From a bacterium (GTDB taxonomy: Bacteria; JAGOBX01), in the NCBI GenBank assembly GCA_036733285.1, contig DAINAU010000011.1:1-41188 (forward strand): a DNA stretch of 41,188 nucleotides, read 5' to 3'. Made by a program: the position numbers and the translations under genes. This document shows, in pieces, positions 8,352-18,951 of the stretch; position 1 is the first letter of the stretch; each line of letters opens with the position of its first letter. The notes under the pieces were generated by a model. The model ran no database searches, was not told the origin of the DNA, and was given only the letters and a program-made list of their open reading frames with translations.

Positions 8352-9185
8352 ATGGAAAAAATTATTTTTGAAAAACTTACGGAAGTATTGAAACAAAATA
8401 AAACCGCTGCTTTAGCGACTCTTACTCAAGTCGACGGTTCATCGCCTGGAAAAGAAGGTTTTATGATGCTTGTTTTGGAAGACGGGAAAACAATAGGAAC
8501 TATCGGAGGCGGCAACGTTGAGAATATCGTTATAAAACTTGCAAAAAACTGTCTTAAAAATTTCGAATCAAAAAAAATAAGTTTTGATTTAAGCGCAGGC
8601 GGAGACGCCGGAATGAGTTGCGGCGGAAAAAACGAAGTTTTCATAAAAGTATTTTTTTCAAGACCCAAACTGATTGTGGCAGGCGGAGGTCATATTGCAA
8701 TGGAATTATATAATTTAAGTCAAACCTTGAATTTCGCTATTTCAATTTTCGATAACCGTCCCGAATTTTGTAATAAGGAAAGATTTCCGAACGCTTCAGA
8801 ACTTTTTGCGGGAGATATAGCTGAAAATCTACAGAATTATCCGATCGACGAAAATTGTTATATTGTAATAGTAACTCACGGTCATATCTTTGACGAAGTA
8901 TCTTTACGAGCAGTTATCAAAAGCAAAGCCGCATATATAGGTATGATAGGAAGCAAAAAAAAAGTGCCGCTTGTTTTCAATAAACTTTTAAACGAAGGAA
9001 TAATCAAAGAATTGATAAAAAAAGTTTATTCTCCTATAGGTTTAAAACTTGGGGGCGGTTCTCCTTCGGAAATAGCCGTAAGCATAATGTCGGAAATTTT
9101 ATTATTAAAAAATAAAGGAAAATTCGAGCATTGCAAATTATCGGACGCTGAACTCGACGATATAAAATCACAAAAAAATAATTAA
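8352..9185 (+). CDS. XdhC/CoxI-family protein (Mo-hydroxylase accessory / Rossmann-fold chaperone family)
   Basis: An N-terminal XdhC_CoxI-type segment (AALATL…DGSSPGKEGFMMLV…GTIGGG) and a C-terminal Rossmann-like XdhC_C segment (LIVAGGGHIAMEL…YIVIVTHGH). No partner hydroxylase genes are in the window. Confidence 0.7.
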   Translation: MEKIIFEKLTEVLKQNKTAALATLTQVDGSSPGKEGFMMLVLEDGKTIGTIGGGNVENIVIKLAKNCLKNFESKKISFDLSAGGDAGMSCGGKNEVFIKVFFSRPKLIVAGGGHIAMELYNLSQTLNFAISIFDNRPEFCNKERFPNASELFAGDIAENLQNYPIDENCYIVIVTHGHIFDEVSLRAVIKSKAAYIGMIGSKKKVPLVFNKLLNEGIIKELIKKVYSPIGLKLGGGSPSEIAVSIMSEILLLKNKGKFEHCKLSDAELDDIKSQKNN

Positions 9186-9207
9186 GTCGAGTAGGGCAAG
9201 ATAGTGT

Positions 9208-9254
9208 CTTATCAAAAATATTCTTGAAATTTAAGTAAAAATATTTTTGATAAG
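9208..9254. other. 15-bp perfect inverted repeat (cttatcaaaaatatt … aatatttttgataag) with an 17-nt loop, between xdhC-like and the IS remnant
   Basis: Read directly. It could be a bidirectional terminator or the terminal region of the decayed IS. Confidence 0.5.
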
Positions 9255-9286
9255 ATTAATAACCTATTCTCCCGAAAAAGTTATAA

Positions 9287-10190
9287 CTATGCATCAATTT
9301 TTTTATAATCAATCACGAAAGATTTAAAGATTGTTTTTACTTTTTTTGATAGTTCATTGATAATATTTAATCCGCTTGCAAAGCGTGTAACTTTTAATTT
9401 TTTCAACTCATAAAAGATTTTGTTTTTCGTATAATCTTTGAGTTCTTTTGATGTTCTAAAGATTTTTTCAATTTGAGAAGTAATAATCAAAGCAATGAAT
9501 GTTAGAAAAATCTTTCCTTCTGTTCTTTTGCGCGACTGAACATATAGTCTATCTCTATCAATGTCGTTTTTCATTGTGTCAAATACCTTTTCAATATTTT
9601 TTTCCGCTTATACAAATCCAATGTTTTTTCTTTGGACAAATTTTCTTCGTTTGTTATTAAAATATATGTTCCGAACCTTTGAATTTGCGCGTCAATTTTT
9701 TTTGATTTTTTTTTATAAAATAAATATTATTTTTTTTATCGATTTCATAGAATTTTATATAATCCGAATAATTTTCTGAACAGTAGTTTTCAATTTCTTC
9801 GCGCGTTGAATAATTTTTTTCATTACATTTTTTTCTATACTTATTAATTGCTTGTAAAAACCTGTTACCCATTCATCATACATTTCTTTGTTTCTAAATA
9901 TATACGCCGTAAATATTTTTTCATGTTCCGTATATTTTTCGCCGTAGTCTGAATAAATAAAATCTTTATATATAATTAATTTCTCTTTGTTCTGAAGATT
10001 TAAATCGGCTTTAGCCAGCAATTCTATTGATTTCTTTGTTGAAAATGAAAGCGGAATAATAATTTTTCTTCTTTGAGGGATTTTATATCATCGCTACTGC
10101 AAAAGCCGCGGTCAACAACATATATAATTTTTTTATTCCCAAAAGGTTCATTTAATAATATTGCGATAAAACTAAACGGCAAATTCTATA
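9287..10190 (-). pseudogene. Decayed IS4-superfamily (IS4/IS1182/IS1634-like) DDE transposase, 5'-truncated and split over at least three frames
   Basis: Minus-strand translation gives …NLPFSFIAILLNEPFGNKKIIYVVDRGFCSSDDIKSLKEEK… (the characteristic vvDRGF second-Asp motif). It continues in shifted frames through ORFs 9755-10021, 9657-9872 and 9287-9574, the last of which is a C-terminal transposase-like tail (…FLTFIALIITSQIEKIFR…). No intact N-terminal half or first catalytic Asp region is present. Confidence 0.6.
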
Positions 10191-10404
10191 CTCCGCCTTT
10201 TTTTGCGGATTGCTTGATGGAATTATGCGAAAAAAATTAATCGAAGAAAAAAAAAATTATTGAAAAACGCCTATTTGAAAAAAATTTGGCGGAGGCGGAA
10301 GAAATATACTTATTCAATTCCGTAAGAGAAATAATACCGGTTAAATATGAAAAATGATATATACAATTCGTAACGAAGCGAAGTGTCTTTCCTTTTCCGA
10401 TAAA

Positions 10405-10488
10405 TCGGCTTAAACCGGAAGCGTAATTTTAAAAACGCCGCCTTTATCGGCTTAAACCGGAAGCGTAATTTTAAAAACGCTGCCTTTG
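10405..10488. repeat. 42-bp tandem direct repeat (2 copies, 1 mismatch) duplicating the 3' end of the histidine-kinase gene
   Basis: atcggcttaaaccggaagcgtaattttaaaaacgc[c/t]gccttt occurs at 10405-10446 and again at 10447-10488. The second copy encodes the last residues (…GKGSVFKITLPV*) of the kinase on the minus strand. The first copy lies outside the gene, beside the IS remnant. Confidence 0.85.
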
Positions 10489-12455
10489 CCCGGTTCGCTT
10501 ACTATATCAATTTTCGCTTTATGTTTGTCTAAATATTCTTTACATAAAAGAAGACCAAATCCGGAACCTTCCTCTCCGTCGGTTCCTAATGAAATATTTT
10601 TAGAATCGCCGTTAAAAATCGTTTTTATTTTACCGGCAGTCATACCCGTTCCGCAGTCTGCGATTTCAATTATGATTTTATTATTGTCCGTATGGCAGTT
10701 CAAATTTATCGTTCCGTTTTTAAAAGAAAATTTTATGGCGTTAGATAGAAGATTTCGGATAATAAGCGCAAATAAATTTTTATCTACTAAAGCCGTAGCA
10801 TCGCCGGCGCAATTAATATTTATTTTTATGTTTTTTAAGCCGGCAGATTCTTTAAGCTGTTCGACAGCTTCGCGAAATATTAATAAAATGTTTTCATTAT
10901 CAGGCGAAAAATTTGTTTTGCCGCTTTGGCTTCGCGACCATTCGAGCATATTATTTAAAAGATTAAAACCTTTATACGAGGTCTGTTTTAAACTTTCAAG
11001 AATAAGTTTTACTTTGTCTTCCTGAAAATCGTCGAGATTGTTTATTAAAAAGTCGCAAGTTGTTATAGAGGTTGTAAAAGGAGTTTTTAAATCGTGCGCG
11101 AGAATGGATATGAATTTGTCTTTTTCTTTTAGAAGTTTTTCAAGTTCGATAGTGCGTTCTTTGATTGTGTTTTCAAGCGAAAGTTTGTGTTTTTCAAGTT
11201 TTATTGAAAGCGATTCGACTTCGGTAAAAGAGAGCATTAAATTTTTAGCGAGAATAGCGGATTGGAACAAAATAAAAATAATAAGACCGATAGATTCCAG
11301 ATAATTCGTAAATATGAAATTTGAAGAATATAGAATATCGTTTAAAATAAAACCAAAGAAAATAATAAAAGCCGCAAGAAATGTTTTAGCGTTCAGCCGT
11401 TTGTTTTTTACGGTTTTAGACAAAGTAATAAAAACGTAAGTTGAAACAATAATAATCAGGATATACAAGAGATAAATCAATTGGGTAAATATAAAGACAG
11501 GCGTTATAAGAATTATTAAAATAATTGTTCCGACAATAATATCAAAAGAAATCACGGTTTTTTTTGAAGAATCAAGCGGATATAATTCATAGATATAATG
11601 TAAAATCAGCGGAACGAGTATGAAATGCGAAAAGTATAACGTTTTCATTAACAAAATCCAGCTCAAAAAATCGGGGAATATTTTTGATAAAGGCATTTCG
11701 CCGAATTCAATAAAACGCAGGCAGACTATAAAACATATCGCCGAGAAAAATAAAGAAGACTTGTCTTTTTTTCTCCAAAGATAAATAATTAAATAATAAA
11801 ACGAAATGATAAAAATCGAACCGGCTATGAAGAACTGAAAAATAAGCAAATTTGACGCTTGTTTTTGCATATCTTCAGCTAAACCGAAATAATAAGGTTC
11901 AAGAATGCCGCCTTCGCTGTGATGAAAATTCGAGAGTTGAATAAGAATGTCCACAGTTTGATTATCGGATTTTATAGGAATTGTCCTTTTGAATTTTTTA
12001 GGAATTTCTTCGGATTCGCTTCCGCCTAATTTTCCCGTTTCGATTCTCGCAATGCCGTCAACCCAAATTTTTATCGCCGAATAATGGTCGTTGATTTTTA
12101 ACGAGTATAATCCGTCGTTTTTCAATTTTATTTTAAATTTGAAAGTGGCATAACCAAATCCTTTTATGATTTCTTTTTTTCCATTATTGCGAATTGCGCT
12201 TCGGTTCCATGAACATGGAAAATCAATGTAATTTTGAACGACAAGCGTATCGGAATTAATGAAATCTTCGGGATTCAAGAATTGTTTCCAATAAAATTCT
12301 ATTTTTCCATGGAGCGGAATAATATTGTTTTTTAAATCAAATCCCGTTAAATCCAGAATTCCTTTTTCAATAACAGGATGTTTGATTGAGTTATTTGAAC
12401 AAGCCGCGAGATTAAAACAAATTATAATTAGATAAACCTGCAATTTGATTTTCAT
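10452..12455 (-). CDS. Sensor histidine kinase with an extracellular 7TMR-DISMED2-like domain, a 7TM region, HisKA and HATPase_c
   Basis: Lipoprotein-type signal (…FNLAACS); a roughly 180-aa extracytoplasmic domain; seven hydrophobic helices (residues about 200-400); an H-box (HDLKTP); and N, G1, G2 boxes (…NAIKFS…, DCGTGM, GSGFGL) at the C-terminus. Confidence 0.85.
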   Translation of the reverse strand: MKIKLQVYLIIICFNLAACSNNSIKHPVIEKGILDLTGFDLKNNIIPLHGKIEFYWKQFLNPEDFINSDTLVVQNYIDFPCSWNRSAIRNNGKKEIIKGFGYATFKFKIKLKNDGLYSLKINDHYSAIKIWVDGIARIETGKLGGSESEEIPKKFKRTIPIKSDNQTVDILIQLSNFHHSEGGILEPYYFGLAEDMQKQASNLLIFQFFIAGSIFIISFYYLIIYLWRKKDKSSLFFSAICFIVCLRFIEFGEMPLSKIFPDFLSWILLMKTLYFSHFILVPLILHYIYELYPLDSSKKTVISFDIIVGTIILIILITPVFIFTQLIYLLYILIIIVSTYVFITLSKTVKNKRLNAKTFLAAFIIFFGFILNDILYSSNFIFTNYLESIGLIIFILFQSAILAKNLMLSFTEVESLSIKLEKHKLSLENTIKERTIELEKLLKEKDKFISILAHDLKTPFTTSITTCDFLINNLDDFQEDKVKLILESLKQTSYKGFNLLNNMLEWSRSQSGKTNFSPDNENILLIFREAVEQLKESAGLKNIKININCAGDATALVDKNLFALIIRNLLSNAIKFSFKNGTINLNCHTDNNKIIIEIADCGTGMTAGKIKTIFNGDSKNISLGTDGEEGSGFGLLLCKEYLDKHKAKIDIVSEPGKGSVFKITLPV

Positions 12456-12566
12456 TGAGAAACAAAATAAAATATTAATAAAAAAAATTAAAGAAAAATA
12501 TATTTGAATATTTCAGATTTTGAAATATTATTTTATCAATTTAATACTGAAATCAAAAAAGGGGCA

Positions 12567-14267
12567 ATAATGGAACTCGAAAATCTAAAAATTTTATTGG
12601 TTGACGACGACAAATCCGAACAATCAATATTGTCAATGATGCTGGAAAAAATCGGATGCAGAGTAATAACCGCTTTGGACGGATACGACGGATTAATTAA
12701 ATTCAAAGAACAAATTCCCAATATCGTAATAACAGATATTAAAATGCCGAAATTTGACGGATTTGAAATGATAGATGAAATTCAAAAAATTGACGCGGAT
12801 ATTCCTATCATTTTATTAACATCATTTTCAGAAGAAGAATATTTAATAAAAGCCATAAATATGGGCGTAAAGCATTTTTTGAAAAAACCTCTTAATTTTG
12901 AGGAATTGGAAAAAACAATCCGGAAAACAGCGATAAATTTTCTGCAGTCTCAGGAAATAATGAATAAGAGTTTAATTATTGATTCTGCGCCATATGCGAT
13001 TTTTACCACGGATTTAAAAGGCATAATAAAAACTGCGAATAAATTCGTCGTTAAATTTTTTTTGATTAAAGCGCAAGAAATAATCGGAAAAAATATTTTT
13101 GAATTTTTAGGAATTGAATCATTAAAAAAAATTATTGATGAAGATAAAAATAATCCGGAAATTAATGATTTGGAGATTAATGTAAATGGACGGCGAAATT
13201 TCGTTAATTTCAGAATGCATAAACTTTACAATTTGAATAATGAAAAAAACGGGCATATAATTATTCTTCAGGATTTGACCGGAATTAAAGCGCTGCAAGC
13301 CGAGATATTTAATAATTACACTTATCAGAATATAATCGGAAAAAGCAAGCATATGACTGAAATATTCGATATACTGCCAAATATATCAACGGCTGATGTT
13401 CCGATCTTGATAACGGGCGAAAGCGGCGCTGGAAAAGAATTGCTTGTTAACGCTATTCACAATCTTAGTTTGCGCAATAAGAATTCGTTAGTTAAAATAA
13501 ATTGCGCGGCAATGCCTGAAAACCTTCTTGAATCCGAATTGTTCGGTTATAAAAAAGGCGCGTTTACGGACGCCAAACAGGATAAGCCAGGCAGAATCGA
13601 GGCGGCAGAAAAAGGAACTTTGTTTTTTGACGAGATAGGGGATATGCCGTTATCATTACAAGCAAAGATTTTGAGATTAATTCAGCAGAAAGAATATGAT
13701 ATTCTTGGATGCTGCGAAACAAAAATTGCCGACGTCAGAATAATAGCGGCAACAAATAAAAATCTTCAGAAATTGATACGCGAAGAAAAATTCCGCGAAG
13801 ATTTATATTATAGATTGTGCGTCGTGAATATCGAATTGCCTCCGCTGCGCGATAGAATGGACGATTTGCCGGAATTAATGGTTTATTTTATAAAAAAATT
13901 TAACATCAAATATAACAAGAATATCGAGCGATTTAATAATGAAGCCCTTGATATTCTTATGGATTATGATTATCCGGGAAATATCCGCGAACTTGAAAAT
14001 ATTGTCGAGCATTCATTTATTTTATGCAATAAAAATATTATTGATGAAACGCATCTTCCGAAAAAATATCTTAATCTGGCGAATGGCAGAATTACAGATA
14101 ATTTTTCAATTGATAAAAATGAAAATAACGGGCAAAGTCTGAAAACTCTGAAACTTTCAAAAGTGAACGAGCTTTTAACTAAATATTCAAATGATAAAAT
14201 AAAGGTCGCGCAGGAACTCGGGATACATTATACCACTTTGTGGCGCTGGCTGAAACGGCAGAAATAA
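12567..14267 (+). CDS. Sigma-54-dependent response regulator (REC-PAS-AAA+ sigma-54 interaction domain-Fis HTH)
   Basis: Receiver domain (ILLVDDD…D…K); a PAS-like middle region; Walker A (GESGAGKE); a GAFTGA-loop variant (GAFTDA); an ESELFG motif; and a C-terminal HTH (KVAQELGIHYTTLWRWLK). I start the gene at the internal Met (MELENLK), which is preceded by aaaagggg, rather than at the upstream ORF start 12504. It is divergent from the histidine-kinase gene. Confidence 0.85.
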   Translation: MMELENLKILLVDDDKSEQSILSMMLEKIGCRVITALDGYDGLIKFKEQIPNIVITDIKMPKFDGFEMIDEIQKIDADIPIILLTSFSEEEYLIKAINMGVKHFLKKPLNFEELEKTIRKTAINFLQSQEIMNKSLIIDSAPYAIFTTDLKGIIKTANKFVVKFFLIKAQEIIGKNIFEFLGIESLKKIIDEDKNNPEINDLEINVNGRRNFVNFRMHKLYNLNNEKNGHIIILQDLTGIKALQAEIFNNYTYQNIIGKSKHMTEIFDILPNISTADVPILITGESGAGKELLVNAIHNLSLRNKNSLVKINCAAMPENLLESELFGYKKGAFTDAKQDKPGRIEAAEKGTLFFDEIGDMPLSLQAKILRLIQQKEYDILGCCETKIADVRIIAATNKNLQKLIREEKFREDLYYRLCVVNIELPPLRDRMDDLPELMVYFIKKFNIKYNKNIERFNNEALDILMDYDYPGNIRELENIVEHSFILCNKNIIDETHLPKKYLNLANGRITDNFSIDKNENNGQSLKTLKLSKVNELLTKYSNDKIKVAQELGIHYTTLWRWLKRQK

Positions 14268-14312
14268 AGTTGTCCGACAGGGGCATTTTAAAATTTCTAT
14301 TTTTAGAAAAAT

Positions 14313-14462
14313 CGACAACCGCGAACGCGGTTGAATTTCATATAGTCGCAGGTGAACTGCGCGGAACGCGGGAAAACCTGCGGGATTAAACTCCGCCAAA
14401 ACAATCAACCCTGAAAGGGTTGAATTGTAAGAAAGTTTGAAATTCGACACTTATCAGGGTCG
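14313..14462 (-). repeat. Repeat family A copy 2 (inverted orientation), immediately downstream of the sigma-54 regulator gene
   Basis: The reverse complement aligns hairpin for hairpin with 5007-5160 (cgaccctga…gggtcg, caaccctttcagggttg, cgcaggttttcc(c/t)gcg, gcgcagt(t/c)cacctgcg, caaccgc(g/t)ttcgcggttg). ORF 14187-14450 overlaps it and is treated as spurious. Confidence 0.85.
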
Positions 14463-14587
14463 TTTGTTTTTGTTTTATTTTTTTTCGTATATTTCGGCCG
14501 CTTAATAGATACACGCAAAATTGCGTTGTATTTTTTCGACAATCAGATTAACGTTTAATAATACTTTTTCAGGTTTTTTGAAGTTAT

Positions 14588-14736
14588 AAATGCAACGACA
14601 AAATTCAATTTACATATTATATTTAATAAGCCGTTGCATTTAAATATAACGTCAATGACGTTATATATGCAAGAGCGCATATATGTTTTAGAAAAGGTTA
14701 AGCGATTCAAACTGGAATCGCTACTTCACTTTTTTA
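14588..14736 (+). ncRNA. Candidate small RNA: three consecutive hairpins, then a GC-stem hairpin and U-tract (intrinsic terminator) inside a 1.45-kb gene-free region
   Basis: aaatgcaacg…cgttgcattt (14588-14641); aacgtca-a-tgacgtt (14648-14662); atatatgc-aagagc-gcatatat (14663-14684); gcgattc-aaactg-gaatcgc (14702-14721) followed by tacttcacTTTTTT (to about 14736). There is no convincing ORF. Strand and extent are inferred only from the terminator orientation. Confidence 0.3.
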
Positions 14737-15716
14737 CATTATTCGGGATAAAAAGAAAATTAAACTGAGAATGTCTTATAAAATCAATCAACAAGTATTT
14801 TGGGATTGATTTAAATACAGTTCCGGACGGCGCCTACTATAGAAAAGATTTTAAAAAAGTTTCTTCAGCCGAATTGCAAAACTTTTTATTCTCAATGAAT
14901 GATGAAATAATCAGAAAAAAATTATAAAAAGAAAAGAACTTTTATTTGAAGAGTATTTTATGATTACATTTGATATGACGCGAACGCAGAGTTTATATTC
15001 GAATAAAACAAACAAAGGAAAAATAAAGGGTTTTTTGTGAGAAGAAAAAAATGAAGTTGAATATTAATTTAGATTTGTTTTAGAAGTTAAAATAACATTA
15101 TTCAACGGACTTTCCATACCGTTAGCGACAGAATTCGTCAGAAATTACGATACGGTTGACGGCGAATTTGTCAAACAGGATTGCGAATTAAAAGCGGCGT
15201 ACAGGGCGCTTCGAAAATTAAGAAAGCAATTTCCAAAATGAAAAACTTGTTTCTTTTAGATAGTTTATATGCCTGCGAAGAAATATTTTAATTATGTAAA
15301 AGGTATAAATTTAAATATATCTGTCAATAAAACCCAAGAAAATTCCTACGTTATTCAAAGAATTTTTAAGTAAAAAAAAGATTAAATTTAAAAAAAAATC
15401 TACCGAAAATCTTTATCGGAAAAATAAAATAATTACCGGATTAAATTATATAGGTTTCGATATGGCGCAAGGTCTGTCAAAATCCTGAAAAAAATGATTC
15501 GGATAAAATCAAAAAAAAATATTTTTTTCAAAAACTGTCGGTTCTTAGAATTTTATCATTTTTGTAGGAGGTATTTTTTTGTTTTCATACAGTATTTCAC
15601 TATGAGCGGCTTTGAGTCCTCGGTTTTGGAATTATTGACGTTCGTATTTGATTTTTTTTATTTTTTAATATATATTGAAGGTTAAATAATCAATTTTTCT
15701 GCGAGGAGAATTTCAA

Positions 15717-18056
15717 ATGAATTTAAAATTAAAAGGGAAACTTTTAAGCAGCTTCGGAATAACCGCTTTAATAACGCTTATAGTAGGATTAATTTCTTAT
15801 ATAAGCATTTCTACTATAAATAGAAGCGTCGATAAAATGGTCAGCAATAGTTTTCCGGGATTAGAAAATATTCTTATATTGTCGAGAGAACTTGAAGCTA
15901 TAAGAGCATCAATAAGGACTTTATTAAGTCCGAATATAAATCTTGAAAGCAGAGAGCGTCAGATTTCAAATATAACGACGTCGCGGAAAATATACGATCC
16001 GGCTTTTGAAAAATATGAAAAAATCGAAAAAAATGAAGAAACGCAAAAAGTATGGGATGAAGCGAAAATTTTAATCGCCGAATGGAAATCTATTAACAAT
16101 AAAGTAATGGATTTAAACAATCAACTAATCGAAATGGATATGTTAAATCCTATGGAGATAAGCCGGAATATAGAAAAATTCACAAAAGACCATTATAAAT
16201 TATTTTCCGAAATGATGGACGCGATAGAAACAAGAACCGTATTTGAAGGAGGCGACGACCATACTTTATGCAATTTTGGAAAATGGCTTCCAACCTTCAC
16301 AACAAAAAATAAAATAGTTAATGATAATATCAACGCTATGCGGGAATACCATCAGAAATTTCATTCAAGCGTAAAAACGGTTAAAACCCTTATAAAAAAG
16401 GGAAATTCGGACGGAGCTTTAAAAATTTTTAAAACTGAAACCGAACCCGCGGCTATGAACGTTTTTAAATCTTTCGAGCTTGTCAACGCCGAATGCGAAA
16501 AGGCTGTGGAAATTTTTAATCAAATGAATTTTCAGGCGATAAACGTTGCGCGGGAAGTTCTAAATAAAGCATGGCCGTTAATAGAAAAACTTGTAAAAAC
16601 CGAAGAAGAAACGGTAAAAAAAGAATCCGAATACGCGGAAATAATTCAAACGCAAAGCAAAATGATTTCAGTCGCGATAATGATATTGGCGGTAATAGTG
16701 TCGCTGTCTTTAGGATACATAATAGCGGCGTCGATAACAAAACCGGTTTATCAAATCTCGAATATAATGAAAAGCGTGTCTGCCGGAGATTTTACTGTGA
16801 AATGCGATATGAAAAGCAAAGACGAAATAGGCGAATTGGGGTCGAGCATAGATTCTACAATAGCGACGCTCGCCTCTTTGATTTCAGATATTAAAACCGC
16901 TTCGGATAAAGTAAATCAGTCGAGCCTGATACTTGAAGACAAAGTTCAGCATATTGCTTCGTCTTCTCAAGAAACAGCTTCAAGCGTTGAAGAAACTTCT
17001 TCGACAATATCTCAATTCAGTTCTAATTTAAAAACCGTTACGGAAAACGTAGAGTTTCAAGCGTCCGCGGTAACAGAAACAGTTTCCGCCGCCAATCAGA
17101 TGTCCCGTTCCGTGAAAAACGTTAATTCTTCCACAAAAGACGTGAATAATTCAGTTAACCAGACCTCCGCCGCGATAGAAGAAATGACTGCGAGTATCGG
17201 GTCTATAACAGAAAACATAAATGTGGTAAATGAAAAAGCAAAAGAAGGCGGAACCACGGCTAACGAAGGGAAAATTTCCGTAGGCCGTTCAAGCGAAGGA
17301 ATAGAAAAAATAAAAACAAGTATGACTGAATTAGTGAAAGTTATAGAAGGACTCGGAGCGCGCGCGGAAAATATCGGAAATATTGTGGAGGTCATCGACG
17401 AGATTTCCGAACAGACGAATCTGCTTGCTTTGAACGCGGCTATTGAAGCGGCCAGGGCCGGCGAACACGGAAAAGGATTTGCAGTCGTCGCGGACGAAGT
17501 TAGAAAACTTGCGGAACGCAGTTCAAAAGCCACTAAAGAAATCGCCGAGATAATACAGAATATACAGACAGAAACAAAAAAATCGGTCGTATCGACCCGG
17601 GAAAGTTCCAAACTCGCAGAAGACGGCGTTCAACTATCCAAAGAAGTGGAAAATTCGCTTGAAAATATAGTCGGAAAAATTCAGGAAATAACCGGTTTGA
17701 TTGTTCAAGTGGCAAACGCAATGAACGAACAGAATATAACAAGCAAACAAATTATTAAACAAGTCGAGACGATTCAATCTGCGACCAACAGCGTTTCATT
17801 GGCTACTCAAGAACAGGAAATCGGAGTGGGCGAAATAGTCAAAGCAATGGAAAATGTCGATAAAATGACCGTTCATATCAAATCCGCAATGACCGAACAA
17901 AAAACCGGAGTCGAACAAATACATCTTGCTATGTCGCAGATAAATATGGCGTCTCAGGAGAACGCTAAGAGTTCTGAAGAGCTTCAACTTGAAGCGAATA
18001 ATTTGAAAAATATTTCGACAAAATTAAGCGAATCAATATCAATTTTTAAAATATGA
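15717..18056 (+). CDS. Methyl-accepting chemotaxis protein with a periplasmic CZB (chemoreceptor zinc-binding) motif, HAMP and an MCP signalling domain
   Basis: TM1 at residues about 10-33 and TM2 at about 307-330. Between them sits H-x2-L-x22-C-N-F-G-K-W-x21-H-Q-K-F-H, a full match to the CZB consensus. The C-terminal signalling domain has the hallmark [36 protein letters not shown] and heptad methylation-region repeats. Confidence 0.9.
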   Translation: MNLKLKGKLLSSFGITALITLIVGLISYISISTINRSVDKMVSNSFPGLENILILSRELEAIRASIRTLLSPNINLESRERQISNITTSRKIYDPAFEKYEKIEKNEETQKVWDEAKILIAEWKSINNKVMDLNNQLIEMDMLNPMEISRNIEKFTKDHYKLFSEMMDAIETRTVFEGGDDHTLCNFGKWLPTFTTKNKIVNDNINAMREYHQKFHSSVKTVKTLIKKGNSDGALKIFKTETEPAAMNVFKSFELVNAECEKAVEIFNQMNFQAINVAREVLNKAWPLIEKLVKTEEETVKKESEYAEIIQTQSKMISVAIMILAVIVSLSLGYIIAASITKPVYQISNIMKSVSAGDFTVKCDMKSKDEIGELGSSIDSTIATLASLISDIKTASDKVNQSSLILEDKVQHIASSSQETASSVEETSSTISQFSSNLKTVTENVEFQASAVTETVSAANQMSRSVKNVNSSTKDVNNSVNQTSAAIEEMTASIGSITENINVVNEKAKEGGTTANEGKISVGRSSEGIEKIKTSMTELVKVIEGLGARAENIGNIVEVIDEISEQTNLLALNAAIEAARAGEHGKGFAVVADEVRKLAERSSKATKEIAEIIQNIQTETKKSVVSTRESSKLAEDGVQLSKEVENSLENIVGKIQEITGLIVQVANAMNEQNITSKQIIKQVETIQSATNSVSLATQEQEIGVGEIVKAMENVDKMTVHIKSAMTEQKTGVEQIHLAMSQINMASQENAKSSEELQLEANNLKNISTKLSESISIFKI

Positions 18057-18946
18057 AAGACGGATGTTTCATAGTAAATAAACAAGAAGGCTACACGTCG
18101 TTTGACGTCGTCAACGAAATAAAGAAAAAATTTAAACTCAAGAAAGCCGGTCATACAGGCACGCTTGACGTAATGGCTAAAGGGGTATTGGCGGTATGCG
18201 TGAACAACGCCACAAGACTTGTCGAGTATCTTACTTTAGACGATAAAGACTATTCTGTCATACTCCGGCTGGGATACAAATCAGAAACGCTTGACAGAAC
18301 CGGAAACGTTGAGAAAACCGGAATCCCGGAGGGATTAACAGAAGCGGAAATCAAAAAAGTTATCTTGACTTTTATAGGCAAGCAAAAACAGATTCCGCCG
18401 ATGTATTCCGCAAAAAAAATAAACGGAAAAAGATTATATTCTCTTGCCAGAAAAGGAATAACAGTAGAGCGCGAGCCTCAGGTAATTAATATAAAATTCA
18501 TTAAAATCGAAAAATTAGAAAAAACTGAAGATTATATCGACGTTCATTTTTTTACTACGGTAACAAAAGGCGCTTACATAAGATCTTTGTGCGACGATAT
18601 GGCGAAAAAAATTGGCGTCGACGGAATAATGCAGGATTTGACCAGAACCCGAGCCGGAAAATTTGATATAATTCAATCGAAAAAAATCGCAGATTTGACC
18701 GAATCGGATTTGCTAGATATGGAATCGTTTTCTCCGCTGCCAGTCGTTGAAATCCCGCTTTCAGCGGTTCCAAGATTTATGAACGGCAATAAAATAAGCC
18801 TTATAGAATTAAATAATAACGGTTATTCGGAATTTGCAAATCAAACCGTTCTTGTGAAAAGCAAAGGAGATATAATTATCGGCGCGGCTAAAATCACCGA
18901 TAACAAACAAAGCATAATCGAACCTCAAAAAGTTTTTAAATCATAG
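18053..18946 (+). CDS. truB: tRNA pseudouridine(55) synthase
   Basis: The [14 protein letters not shown] catalytic motif and a C-terminal PUA-like region. ATGA overlap with the MCP stop. The conserved truB-ribF-rpsO-pnp synteny supports the call. Confidence 0.9.
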   Translation: MKDGCFIVNKQEGYTSFDVVNEIKKKFKLKKAGHTGTLDVMAKGVLAVCVNNATRLVEYLTLDDKDYSVILRLGYKSETLDRTGNVEKTGIPEGLTEAEIKKVILTFIGKQKQIPPMYSAKKINGKRLYSLARKGITVEREPQVINIKFIKIEKLEKTEDYIDVHFFTTVTKGAYIRSLCDDMAKKIGVDGIMQDLTRTRAGKFDIIQSKKIADLTESDLLDMESFSPLPVVEIPLSAVPRFMNGNKISLIELNNNGYSEFANQTVLVKSKGDIIIGAAKITDNKQSIIEPQKVFKS

Positions 18947-18951
18947 AATTT

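Noticed and set aside
15455-15480. Weak sigma-54 promoter-like sequence (TGGCGC-aaggt-CTGTC) upstream of the MCP gene
   Set aside because: The -24 GG element is present but the -12 element deviates from TTGC at two positions.
15494-15685. 63-aa ORF just upstream of the MCP gene
   Set aside because: Phe/Tyr-rich translation of an AT-rich spacer, with no RBS or motif. Likely spurious.
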